38,008 bases of DNA, taken from NCBI RefSeq assembly GCF_001194135.2, contig NC_068983.1:121750647-121788654 (forward strand), written 5' to 3'. Origin of the DNA: Octopus bimaculoides (lineage: Eukaryota). A model generated the notes under the pieces. That model had not been told where the DNA came from. It was given only the letters and a program-made list of their open reading frames with translations, and did not search any database. The translations under genes and the position numbers were made by a program. Every line of letters starts with the position of its first letter. The first letter of the stretch is position 1. Shown here piece after piece: positions 22,035-33,689 of this stretch.

Positions 22035-22330
22035 TTCAGAGAATACCTACGCTGGACTATTGAGAAATCTGCAGTTACTCTATCCAGATTACAAGTTCAG
22101 TTTTATACCTATAATTATTGGGGCACTGGGATATGTAACACACTGCCTAAATACCAATCTTGAGGAATTAAGCTTCTCAAAACCAGAAAGGGGAAAGCTG
22201 ATTCGAAGACTACAGATCCAATCCATCACTGGAACTGTAAATGTCTGTAAAACTTTCCAGAAGTTTATCATTTAAATATATATGAGCATGTCTAGATATG
22301 CAATTATATGCATGAGAATACATACATACG
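22035..22330 (+). mobile_element. 5'-truncated 3' end of an RLE-type LINE (family 2), followed by (TACA)n
   Basis: ENTYAGLLRNLQLLYPDYKFSFIPIIIGALGYVTHCL...KTFQKFII* matches the P(I/V)(I/V)IGALG C-terminal motif of RLE elements. Nucleotide similarity to the reverse complement of 10310-10470. Confidence 0.7.
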
Positions 22331-23186
22331 TACATACATACATGCACTCACACACACACACCTATATACATATACACACATATTTGCTTTGTCGTACATA
22401 CATACACACACACCTATATATATATATATATATATATATATNNNNNNNNNNNNNNNNNNNNNNNNNNNNNNNNNNNNNNNNNNNNNNNNNNNNNNNNNNN
22501 NNNNNNNNNNNNNNNNNNNNNNNNNNNNNNNNNNNNNNNNNNNNNNNNNNNNNNNNNNNNNNNNNNNNNNNNNNNNNNNNNNNNNNNNNNNNNNNNNNNN
22601 NNNNNNNNNNNNNNNNNNNNNNNNNNNNNNNNNNNNNNNNNNNNNNNNNNNNNNNNNNNNNNNNNNNNNNNNNNNNNNNNNNNNNNNNNNNNNNNNNNNN
22701 NNNNNNNNNNNNNNNNNNNNNNNNNNNNNNNNNNNNNNNNNNNNNNNNNNNNNNNNNNNNNNNNNNNNNNNNNNNNNNNNNNNNNNNNNNNNNNNNNNNN
22801 NNNNNNNNNNNNNNNNNNNNNNNNNNNNNNNNNNNNNNNNNNNNNNNNNNNNNNNNNNNNNNNNNNNNNNNNNNNNNNNNNNNNNNNNNNNNNNNNNNNN
22901 NNNNNNNNNNNNNNNNNNNNNNNNNNNNNNNNNNNNNNNNNNNNNNNNNNNNNNNNNNNNNNNNNNNNNNNNNNNNNNNNNNNNNNNNNNNNNNNNNNNN
23001 NNNNNNNNNNNNNNNNNNNNNNNNNNNNNNNNNNNNNNNNNNNNNNNNNNNNNNNNNNNNNNNNNNNNNNNNNNNNNNNNNNNNNNNNNNNNNNNNNNNN
23101 NNNNNNNNNNNNNNNNNNNNNNCACACACACACACATACACACACACACACACACAAACTCTCTTTTATGTAGATGTAAATGTCCC

Positions 23187-23292
23187 TGTCTGTCGCTCTC
23201 TCTGTCTGTCGCTCTCTCTGTCTGTCGCTCTCTCTGTCTGTCGCTCTCTCTGTCTGTCGCTCTCTCTGTCTGTTGCTCTCTCTGTCTGTCTC
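23187..23292. repeat. 16-bp minisatellite (TGTCTGTCGCTCTCTC) x ~6.5
   Basis: Tandem units read directly. Confidence 0.95.
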
Positions 23293-24214
23293 TCACACTC
23301 CCTGTGTGTCTATCTCGTCCTATCTCCTCTTCTTCCCTGATATCAGCCACCCTCATTATGCTACATTTCCTTCAACCTAACACTTTTGCACCCCTCTCAT
23401 TTTATCAATAGCCCAACCCCCGTAGTCGGTCCGTTCTCGTTTTTATTGAAATCCAGTTAGCTTATAATCGAACTGGATGTTAGTTCAACATGTATACAAA
23501 GTTTGGTGAAGATTGGTTCCGTGGTTTGGGTAGCAAGGTGGTAACAGACAGACGGACAGACGGACAGAAATTGCCATTTATATATATATATATATATTTT
23601 AATTATATACCTTGGGGAGAGAAGAAGTCACTAATTAACTGTAAAGGTCGCGACAGTGACGAAAGAAGTTTGACTAACAAACAACCGATTGGTTGTTAAC
23701 CACCACATTAAACAAATGATTGTTGAGTTAGTTGGTTGGATAGTTAACCAATTGATTAACACGGAAGAAGTGGTGTCAAACCAGTGAGTGTCTTATTACT
23801 ATTGGCGTGATGACTCTCCTAAGACAACAAAATTTGTTTCAACACACTAATTCACATCAAGAATCTTGGAAACCAAATTCAAAAGCGAAGTGTGTGTACA
23901 TATATATATATATATATACATACGTACTTNNNNNNNNNNNNNNNNNNNNNNNNNNNNNNNNNNNNNNNNNNNNNNNNNNNNNNNNNNNNNNNNNNNNNNN
24001 NNNNNNNNNNNNNNNNNNNNNNNNNNNNNNNNNNNNNNNNNNNNNNNNNNNNNNNNNNNNNNNNNNNNNNNNNNNNNNNNNNNNNNNNNNNNNNNNNNNN
24101 NNNNNNNNNNNNNNNNNNNNNNNNNNNNNNNNNNNNNNNNNNNNNNNNNNNTATTAAATATTCATCATATCAAAATGATAGCCTGCTAAAGCAAGCAATT
24201 AAAATATGAAAATA

Positions 24215-24370
24215 ACAAGTAAAAAGTTCGTTATAGGCATGTATAAGATAAAATCTTATATCAAACACTATTAACAATCATAAAAATGGAGAAGAGATAT
24301 TAAAAGTTCAAATTAGAATTTAATTTCCACATACGACCGTTTCAAATGGCAATACAAACATGTAAGAAAA

Positions 24371-24402
<32 letters not shown>

Positions 24403-24856
24403 TAAAATAGTTATGCATGACCATTCTCTGCAGTGTAAAAAAAATTAAAGGAAAACATCAAAAGCGGTATTAACAAAAAAGTTTTGAAGGAAAAACAAAG
24501 AGGTTATGTTGAAGAAGCTGACCGATATTTGCAAAAAAATTGTAAAAGAGGAAAAAGGAATAGAAACAGGGATATGTTAATGTATTTTCGAGTCTATCTG
24601 TGTAATACCTTTTTTTTTTTATGTTTTCCTTTAATCTTTTACACTGCAGAGAATGGTAATACATAACTATTTTAATTATTATTATTATTATAATTAATGT
24701 TTTTCTTACATGTTTGTATTGCCATTTGAAATGATCGTATGTGGAAATTATATTCTAATTTGAAATTTTAACATCTCTTCTCCGTTTTTATAATTGTTAG
24801 TAGTGTTTTATATAAGATTTTATCGTTTACATGCCTATAACGAACTTTTTACTTGT
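24215..24856. mobile_element. Long-TIR non-autonomous element: arms 24215-24472 and 24603-24856, 130-nt spacer
   Basis: ACAAGTAAAAAGTTCGTTATAGGCATG... is the reverse complement of ...CATGCCTATAACGAACTTTTTACTTGT, and the arms align throughout, including an internal (TAA)n. Confidence 0.8.
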
Positions 24857-24881
24857 ATGTATATATGTATGCATGTATGTG

Positions 24882-24914
<33 letters not shown>

Positions 24915-24922
24915 ATTTATGC

Positions 24923-24953
<31 letters not shown>

Positions 24954-25910
24954 AATATGTATATGTGTATGTATATACACACACACATATAATACATGAT
25001 GGTATGAAACTTGAATTAAACTTATGTATCATAGCTATAATTCCGACAATACATTACTTCTTTATGCCATAAAAATTCCTACACTCTGCTTTAATGTGTG
25101 ATGTGTGAAAAAGTGAGCGAAGTCAAAACAAGCGACATCTCTAAAAACACTTTCATTACTGACTACTTCGATCTTTAATACTTCAAATGCATTGATTGTT
25201 TATGTCTGCTTCTTATAGTTTGCCTCAGGTGAATTAGCTAACTTTTAGAAACATGTTTGATTTGAAATTTTACCTTTTTCAATTTTTGCTAAGCTGTCTC
25301 ATGAAGAAAAGATAAATTGATAGAACGAACATAATTTCAAACCGTTATAATTTCAATGGTTATTCATCTGAACTTCAAGCAAAAGATTTTTCCAATGATT
25401 TTTATTTTCTGTATCCTGTGTGTGGGTAAGAAATGGATCTTAAATGTAAAATTGAAATAAATTTCTTATGCATGCTGCAATTATGAGTTGCATCTAAGGA
25501 TTGTACTTATAGTGCGACATAACTTATTACCGAGTACTGAAACATATGTTTCAGCTAAAATGAAGGACTATCAAATTCAAGCCCACGTTATTTTTTTCTC
25601 ATTATCGATATGCTCAGTATATTACATTATAGACCTCATCAGCTCAGCAGATTCCACAGGACATCGCGTGATCATGCAACGGTGGGAGTTTAATGAGTAA
25701 CCACAAGAGCTGTAACCTGGGCGGTAAAATTGTCACGCATTGGGTGCAACCCATTCCTACTTATAGATATATACGCAAATTAAAAGTATAAGCAAAAATA
25801 AAAACATAAACAAAAATGACGAAAAGCAACAAAGGTCAAGAGGATGTACACAGTGAATGTATTAGGTTGACGTTCTGAGAAAGTTTGAGATCGAAAAAAG
25901 AGGCGCGAGT

Positions 25911-25937
25911 GACGTTTCGATCATAGCTCCTCGTCAG
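25911..25937 (-). ncRNA. Minimal hammerhead ribozyme core
   Basis: Minus strand reads CTGACGA-G-GAGC-TAT-GATC-GAAAC-GTC. Stem II has one mismatch, stem III contains palindromic ACGU, and stem I is not evident. Confidence 0.5.
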
Positions 25938-26870
25938 AAAAAGGAGAGAGGAAAATGTTCAGGGAGAAGGAAAAGGATAGTCCGAGAAAGAAGGGGCAAG
26001 GTAGAGAAAGACGAAGAAGAAAAGTAAAAGAGTCACTGACGAATTAAAATGATTTACAATCAAAAGTGCAAAATCGACGTACTCCGTGGAAATTCGAAGG
26101 TGCCACGCATCCAAAGGTAAGGTAATCCAGCGACAGGAAATCCAATAATTAATTGCTCCAAATCATCGTCAGAAAGACGAAGATCCGTGTGAGCGTGCGA
26201 TAATAAGCTAATCAGAAATAAAAGTAAGAATTAAAACATTTTAAAAGAAAACAGACAGTGAATGTACTAAATTCATGCTCAGATAAAGTTTAAGATGGAA
26301 AAAAGAGCAGGTGTGATGTTTCAAGAATGCCCCCTCCCCCCTCTCTCTCTCTTTCTCTAGTTCTTTCCCTAATTCTTCAATCCCTCTGCTCCCTACCTCT
26401 CTCTGTTTCTCCCACGTGGCCGGTGCTCGACCAAACATGATCTTTCTTTCTTGGCTTGACCACCGCGCGCACAACACCTTATTTTCTTGCCTTCTGACTT
26501 TCGTCTATGTTTGTTGCCGTAAGGCTTCCACTTCACACACCAGCTTAACTTAACTTGTCCTTTTAGTCGAAAGATGCCTGATGTTATTCTTATTGTTTGT
26601 TTTTGTAGTCGTGTAACATTTTCTCCGTTTTCTTGTTTGTTTGTTTTTTTTTGTCCGTGTTGTTGCACATATTCGCCCGCATTCTTCCAAAAATTTAATG
26701 CCCTTAGCTTAGATTTTTGGGGTCTACCAACTTTGAACGTAGTGATAATTGGACGCTTGACTGATGAAGAGAAAGCTACGAATGTTCCGTTCTGGTTTTC
26801 CTGTCCGTCCTTGTATCGTCCATCTGTCTGTATGTTTTCATTGTCGTCCGTTACGTTCTTGTTCCGTTTC

Positions 26871-26872
<2 letters not shown>

Positions 26873-26925
<53 letters not shown>

Positions 26926-26944
26926 TGTGTGTGTGTGTGTGTGT
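26873..26944. repeat. (TG)n microsatellite
   Basis: Tandem units read directly. Confidence 0.95.
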
Positions 26945-26999
26945 AATGTATTCTACGAATTTTGACTAACATATAAGCAAATAATATATATACAAAAAT

Positions 27000-28046
27000 T
27001 TGAATCCGCAGAAACGCGGAGTCCATCTTCGTAATTTTACAAAGGAAAATTGGAAAAGATATTTAGAAGATTGTTTTATCCTATGGAAAAAGATTTGGGA
27101 TAGACTTTTTGATCTTAAGTTTTTCATAAGTAGTATTGACAATAACATGCAGTTTACTATAGAGTATACCAAGGATAAATTACGATTTTGAGATATATTA
27201 GTGATACAAAAAAGAATGAGATTAAAACAGATGCATGCGATAAATCAACAGACTCAAGAGAATATTCACTTTTTACTTCATGTCACCCCAAACACACGAG
27301 ATTCAATATATCAAATCTGTACATTCGAAAGAAAAATTGAAGAAGCTAGAAGATATTTCTGATTAGAATATGTCATCCACCATCATTACTTAACAACGTA
27401 ATAGAAATTGCTGAGGCAATTTATACCAGTTACTTAAGAAGTGTAAAAACCAAACTAGAAAGAAACGGTTTGCCGTACATTTCAATCCATATGTCCATAA
27501 ATATTGAGTCCTTTAAAGTAATTTGTCAAAAGCTAACTATTAAAACATGACCCTAAAATGAGAAGAACTTTAGAAATAATTAAAAGCAAAAATATTCATA
27601 TTCATTAACGACTCTTTTAAGAAGTACCAATTACCTATCAACATTATACAAAATCTGGCAGTTAAAAAATGCGGAATATCAGATTGTGGAATTTACATTA
27701 ATATATCCGAAGACTCTGTTCCGCTTGAAAATGGGTAACTTTTTACAATAAAAAATAACTACACATGCCTATTAAAAAATTTAATTTATGTCATATGTTG
27801 TAGATGTGGTGAGAAGTATATTCACCAGAGTTATGCCACTTAGAAAACGCATGTTTGTTTCGCCGACAAAATTACGTGATATGAACACAAGAAAAATTCG
27901 ACTCCGTTAGAATTTAGATAGGGCTGCAGGAAATCAGCAACCAAATTTTAAACTTTTCCAATTATACAAGTGCACCGAAAAAGAAAAGTTCAATAGAAAA
28001 ATTTTTCATTTTCATTGAATGGTATAAACCAAGTTTGAATCGATAA
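27000..28046 (+). mobile_element. Decayed Penelope-like element: RT C-terminal half plus GIY-YIG endonuclease
   Basis: WKRYLEDCFILW (YxDD region), MQFTIEY..DKLRF*DILV, KSTDSREY...CHPKHT, NLIYVICCRCGEKYIHQ (GIY-YIG, 27778-27828) and FIEWYKPSLNR*. Many stops and frameshifts. Confidence 0.85.
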
Positions 28047-28407
28047 ATAATTACAATTACTTAGATTTTAACCTTTTATCGACATTTATAAAATATATAT
28101 TTCCCACATCTTTTTAAATTGTTAAAGTACAAACATTTGCATCTCTACTTAAATTGGGTCTACCAGCATACATAAATGTCATCTCCGTTGTTACCTAGCG
28201 AGTGTATATTGAAGCTATCTCCAGCATACACAGTATATATTACATGAAAGGCTAGTAGCTGGCCATTGCACGCGTACATTGCAGTAAATATCTACTATAA
28301 GGCGTAAAACTGGTTTGTAATTATGTAAGTTAGTATATTTAATTATGTGATCATGTAATGAAGTACTCTGGAGCACAATGCAAAAAAAGACACGATTTAA
28401 TGTTAGT

Positions 28408-28517
28408 CTGATGAAGTGCCACTTCGTCATATTGAAGCACACTTCTTACGTATGTTTTCACACGGAATCATTCACATGCAATGTGGTTAGAAACGAAGTG
28501 GTACAGAAACAATTGCA
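28408..28517 (+). ncRNA. Degenerate type I hammerhead motif with ~90-nt stem II in the PLE 3' flank
   Basis: CTGATGA (28408-28414), A, GTGCCACTTCGT...ACGAAGTGGTAC, A, GAAAC (28506-28510), AATT, GCA. Stem II has 12 bp. GCA replaces GUA and stem I is not evident. Confidence 0.5.
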
Positions 28518-28562
28518 ATGGATATTAAAGTTGTGCTAAATTCATTTTTATATATGTACATG

Positions 28563-28564
28563 TT

Positions 28565-28597
<33 letters not shown>

Positions 28598-28723
28598 TAT
28601 ACGTATATATATTATATATACATACATTTTTATATATACATATATTTATATCTACACACATTTTATATATATACATATATATATATAGGTATATACATAC
28701 GTATATATTTATGTCTGTGTATA

Positions 28724-28756
<33 letters not shown>

Positions 28757-28875
28757 NNNNNNNNNNNNNNNNNNNNNNNNNNNNNNNNNNNNNNNNNNNN
28801 NNNNNNNNNNNNNNNNNNNNNNNNNNNNNACACACACACACACACACAAACACATATACGTATATATATTATATA
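28563..28875. repeat. (CA)n/(TA)n microsatellite field around a gap
   Basis: Tandem units read directly. Confidence 0.9.
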
Positions 28876-29520
28876 TACTTATGAGGATGTATGTGTAATT
28901 AAGTGTATATCCATATTTATATCTTTCTATTTCATTTCTGTGAGATGTTGTGGATTTGAAATAGGCATTAATTGTGGAATATGCGAAGACGCAATTAACT
29001 CAACTTCCTCTATGAATAGCGATATTTTCAATAACATAAGTGCATGTTCAGCGTCTCGTTAGATTTGCTATTATTTTTAGTATTGTTTCATTCTCGTTCC
29101 AATGTTATTCAATTGCTATAAAGAAACAGGAATCAAACGCCAGTGAAGTGAGAACAATAGCTGCCTTCTTTAGGTATGTGTGGAATTTGTTTACAGTTTC
29201 TCTCCGGTTTTATGTGCAATCTTTATTTTATTGAATGGTTTATACAATTTATATACGCGTGTGTTTCTTTGTATGTATGCAGGTGCGTACGCATATATAA
29301 TATTGTATGTATAATACACATATACATACATGCACCTATACATACAGGTGGATGTCGGTATGCACATACCTGTACGTATATTGCATATACTCATTTACTA
29401 TTTGTTTTTACATGACCGAACGCAGCGTCACCAATCTGTAAGTAGTTTTCGCAACTTTATATTTTCCGACCCTACTCTATCTCTTTCTCTTTCTCTTTCT
29501 CTTCCTCTTCAATTTTCCCT

Positions 29521-29620
29521 CTCTCGTTCTTCCTCTGTTTACTACTACGTATCTCTCTTTACCCCTCTCGTTCTTCCTCTGTTACTACTACGTATCTCCT
29601 TTTCCCCCCTCGTACTTCCT
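29521..29620. repeat. ~44-bp pyrimidine-rich tandem duplication (two copies plus a partial third)
   Basis: CTCTCGTTCTTCCTCTGTT(T)ACTACTACGTATCTC occurs at 29521 and 29565. Confidence 0.85.
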
Positions 29621-30608
29621 CTCTTCCTCTTTTCCTCTCGTTGCTCACCTATTCTTCTACTTCCCCCCTTTGTTTCTCCCTCTACCACACTCTCTCTCTC
29701 TCTCTCTCTCTTCCCCTTACACCGGCATGGTCACATGCTTCCGGTCAATAATCCTTTTCTTCCTTGGCTATCGCCGAGCAAACGCGCGAACTTACTTCGT
29801 CCCCACTTTCAAGTTCGTGCCTCACAGCATTCATACACATAATTTTCCCGTCTGGCCGTATAGCCTTTTCTGTTTGTTTTCCNNNNNNNNNNNNNNNNNN
29901 NNNNNNNNNNNNNNNNNNNNNNNNNNNNNNNNNNNNNNNNNNNNNNNNNNNNNNNNNNNNNNNNNNNNNNNNNNNNNNNNNNNNNNNNNNNNNNNNNNNN
30001 NNNNNNNNNNNNNNNNNNNNNNNNNNNNNNNNNNNNNNNNNNNNNNNNNNNNNNNNNNNNNNNNNNNNNNNNNNNNNNNNNNNNNNNNNNNNNNNNNNNN
30101 NNNNNNNNNNNNNNNNNNNNNNNNNNNNNNNNNNNNNNNNNNNNNNNNNNNNNNNNNNNNNNNNNNNNNNNNNNNNNNNNNNNNNNNNNNNNNNNNNNNN
30201 NNNNNNNNNNNNNNNNNNNNNNNNNNNNNNNNNNNNNNNNNNNNNNNNNNNNNNNNNNNNNNNNNNNNNNNNNNNNNNNNNNNNNNNNNNNNNNNNNNNN
30301 NNNNNNNNNNNNNNNNNNNNNNNNNNNNNNNNNNNNNNNNNNNNNNNNNNNNNNNNNNNNNNNNNNNNNNNNNNNNNNNNNNNNNNNNNNNNNNNNNNNN
30401 NNNNNNNNNNNNNNNNNNNNNNNNNNNNNNNNNNNNNNNNNNNNNNNNNNNNNNNNNNNNNNNNNNNNNNNNNNNNNNNNNNNNNNNNNNNNNNNNNNNN
30501 NNNNNNNNNNNNNNNNNNNNNNNNNNNNNNNNNNNNNNNNNNNNNNNNNNNNNNNNNNNNNNNNNNNNNNNNNNNNNNNNNNNNNNNNNNNNNNNNNNNN
30601 NNNNNNNN

Positions 30609-30670
<62 letters not shown>

Positions 30671-30938
30671 ACGATGTTATATAAGTGTGAGTGTGCATAT
30701 GTGTATTTGAAGATAATAAATGATAGCCTCGAAGGTATGAGTGTAATCTTGTACGCACGTACACACCTACACAACATATTTGTCATATATGTTTTAAATG
30801 GCCACGTGGAAACATATCTACATATACACAAATACACCCATAAAGACAGTGCTATTAAATATATAGTGGTTAACATATATATATATATATATATATAGCG
30901 AGAGAGAGAGAGAGAGAGATAAATAGATAGATAAATAC

Positions 30939-30995
<57 letters not shown>
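30609..30995. repeat. (TG)n tract, then a (TA)n/(GA)n/(GATA)n block
   Basis: Tracts at 30609-30666 and 30868-30995, read directly. Confidence 0.85.
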
Positions 30996-31304
30996 AAAGT
31001 ATGTATGGACGTATGTATATATGCATATNNNNNNNNNNNNNNNNNNNNNNNNNNNNNNNNNNNNNNNNNNNNNNNNNNNNNNNNNNNNNNNNNNNNNNNN
31101 NNNNNNNNNNNNNNNNNNNNNNNNNNNNNNNNNNNNNNNNNNNNNNNNNNNNNNNNNNNNNNNNNNNNNNNNNNNNNNNNNNNNNNNNNATATTTGTCAT
31201 ATATGTTTTAAATGGCCACGTGGAAACATATCTACATATACACAAATACACCCATAAAGACAGTGCTATTAAATATATAGTGGTTAACATATATATATAT
31301 ATAT

Positions 31305-31417
31305 CAGTAGCGGACTGGATCTAAAAATATCGGTTGCTAGGAGACTAAGGGGGCCAACCCGTGACTACAAGGGGGCCCATATGCAACTACAAAGGGGCTC
31401 AGCCGCAACTACAATGC
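31305..31417 (+). repeat. GC-rich transposon-like terminus followed by ~21-bp degenerate tandem repeats
   Basis: CAGTAGCGGACTGG follows a (TA)n run; then (G/A)ACTA(C)AAGGGGG..-type units at 31343, 31363, 31385 and 31407. Confidence 0.45.
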
Positions 31418-32234
31418 TATCATTTATTTTTTTTTTTTAAGTATTCTTTTCAACTGTCTACAAACATAGCCAGGCTGAAATAATTAATGCATTCTTCCAG
31501 AAGTGAATAAAAAATTCTCAAACTTGAGCAGGTGGGCCCATTAGATACTAACATGGGTCCCCATATGTAGATTCTAATGGTGCAGAGGTCCATTTGCCAT
31601 CGGGCAAGCTGGCAACCTGCATCTTTCCTATGAAGGAGATGTTTCTATGTGGCCTGCTTGTTTGTTGCACCTTGTTTACCATTTTGTCCATGTTCTTTTG
31701 CCACGTCATGTGCCCAGTTATGTATCTATATGTACATGTGGATGAAGGTATATACATACAAGTTCCTTATCAACTGAGCAATAACAATACTCAACAAAGA
31801 AAGTGTTGATGGTGACTTCGAAGTACCTGTTTAGCTTTCATCAAACTGATGATGAAGTCCGATGAAGGCTAAACAGGCCAAAATTTCGAATCAAAATGTC
31901 AACAGTATTTTTGTGAAAAAAATAATATATATAAAGTCAACACGTGACATTGAGTGAATCTCAATATAGAAAATACTAATTTGAACTTACACTTCGATAT
32001 TTTCGCCGAGGACCAAGTCAGCAGGGTAAAGAGTGGCTGTAAGGGGAATTCAAGTGAGCAAGTATGGAGACAATGATTCAAATAAACAGAAAAAACCTTG
32101 TAAATATATATATATATATTTACACTTTTTATAGACCAAACTTACTGAGATTACATAGACTCAAAGAATTAGAGGGGAGAAGATATTACAAACATTTACA
32201 AACAACTGCTGGCAAATCCTAGAGATACCCGTAA

Positions 32235-32590
32235 TCCTAATAAGAAAAAATCAGTGGTTTCGTTCTGGCCAGGATTTAGAACCTGCTGTCAAACAAAGCC
32301 GGATTGAACAGAAGGCCAAATTGTGTGTTTGGTGGAATTTTGAAGGGATTTTGCACTTTCAGCTTGTGCCAGATAAGCATACTGTGAACGCTAACCTTTA
32401 TACTCAGATAATGCGGCGTGCTTTGAAAGCCCGCTATCGGATATTGGTCAGTCGACGACGCGCACTCATACAATATGACAATGTCTCAGCACACACTGCC
32501 AATGTGGCAAAACGCAGACTTGAGAAACTTGAGGGGTTAGAAGAACTTCCTCACCCTGCTTGCAGTCTGGACATTGTACCATTAGATTAC
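32235..32590 (+). mobile_element. Degenerate mariner transposase internal fragment
   Basis: KLCVWWNFEGILHFQLV, LIQYDNVSAHTA (cf. LHDNARPH) and ELPHPACSLDIVPLDY (cf. HPPYSPDLAPSDY). Confidence 0.85.
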
Positions 32591-32810
32591 AACCACCGCC
32601 AAGCCACGGCTCTTTTTTTATAGTTGAGGTTGAAAATGGATTCACAGAGGATCTTTTTTTACCTCTAAACCAGCCATATTGTATAAGTGAGGAATTGAGC
32701 TTCTGGCATAACGATTGCAGCAAACAATAGAATATGATGGGATATAGTTTGATGATTAGACGCTTTTCGTGTGTAATTTGTTTCAACTATAAATATGTGT
32801 CTTCTGTCTG

Positions 32811-32812
<2 letters not shown>

Positions 32813-32842
<30 letters not shown>

Positions 32843-32880
32843 TGTATGTATGTATGTATGTATGTATGTATGTATGTATG
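32813..32880. repeat. (TATG)n microsatellite
   Basis: Tandem units read directly. Confidence 0.95.
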
Positions 32881-33387
32881 TGGTTGTAGAGCGAATTTCT
32901 TTACCATACGCATATGTTTAGGTATACTGGTATGATTGTACAGTTTGTATAGAGATTCATAGCAATACGATCTTAAAAGCGAAAACCAGATTGTCTTTTG
33001 CAATAAGAAATATTCGAAAATCAAGAAATTTACAGTGATTTTAAATGAGAAAAAATTTTTTTTTTCAACTCTGATGTTAGGAATTTATCATGTACAGCAG
33101 TATGGTTGGACATATCCTTATTATTTAGACGTTCCCTTCACAACCATGCAGTTCTGAGTTGAAGCTCACTGCACACCACCTGGAGCAAGCGAATTCTGTT
33201 GAAATTTCGGATTGACCAATGCTTCATAAGTGGAATTTAATTGATAGTAACTATAGGCAAACAGTATATATGTTGTTTATATATATATATATATATCCAT
33301 TTTAGTTTATCAAACTATTTAAGCCATCGCGAGGTGCAGAAAGAAAAGCGATACGACTGCTGATGCAAGATAAAGTATAAAAGAAAT

Positions 33388-33433
33388 AATGTTGTTGTTG
33401 TCGTTGTTACTGTTGTTGCTGCTGTTGCTGCCG

Positions 33434-33503
<70 letters not shown>
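33388..33503. repeat. (GTT)n microsatellite
   Basis: Tandem units read directly. Confidence 0.95.
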
Positions 33504-33505
<2 letters not shown>

Positions 33506-33689
33506 TCCATCGGCAGGCGTGTCTGGTGGGTCTCCTCAAGTTATTGGAATACTACCAAATTTTACTTCATGCAAATTTCTTTTACATTTTCTTTTCTTCG
33601 TTTAATTACTAACCTTGAGAGCTTGTAAGTAGCTCCAATTGCCTTGAGGTGGGAAAAATGAGATGTTCCAGATAATTTTATACTTTTGT

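Noticed and set aside
26761-26787. Hammerhead-like CTGATGAAGAGAAAGCTACGAATGTT upstream of the PLE ORF
   Set aside because: GAAAC is broken, stem II has only ~2 bp and there is no stem I. A possible relic, too degenerate to call.
30776-31304. ~115-bp exact direct repeat on both sides of the gap at 31029-31189
   Set aside because: Identical copies flanking a gap and ending in microsatellites are typical of unmerged contig overlaps, so probably an assembly artefact.
1153-31324. Long ORFs of 150-490 aa in the track that are mostly X
   Set aside because: They read through N-gaps; they are not real open frames.
7003-31417. CRISPR-like reading of the 20-bp, 16-bp and 21-bp tandem repeats
   Set aside because: No unique spacers, no cas genes, and a eukaryotic context.
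33131-33230. Possible highly decayed type B SINE head
   Set aside because: Similarity (CAACCATGCAGTTCTGAGTT..CACTGCAC.CCACCTGGAGCAAG) is too patchy to support without an alignment.
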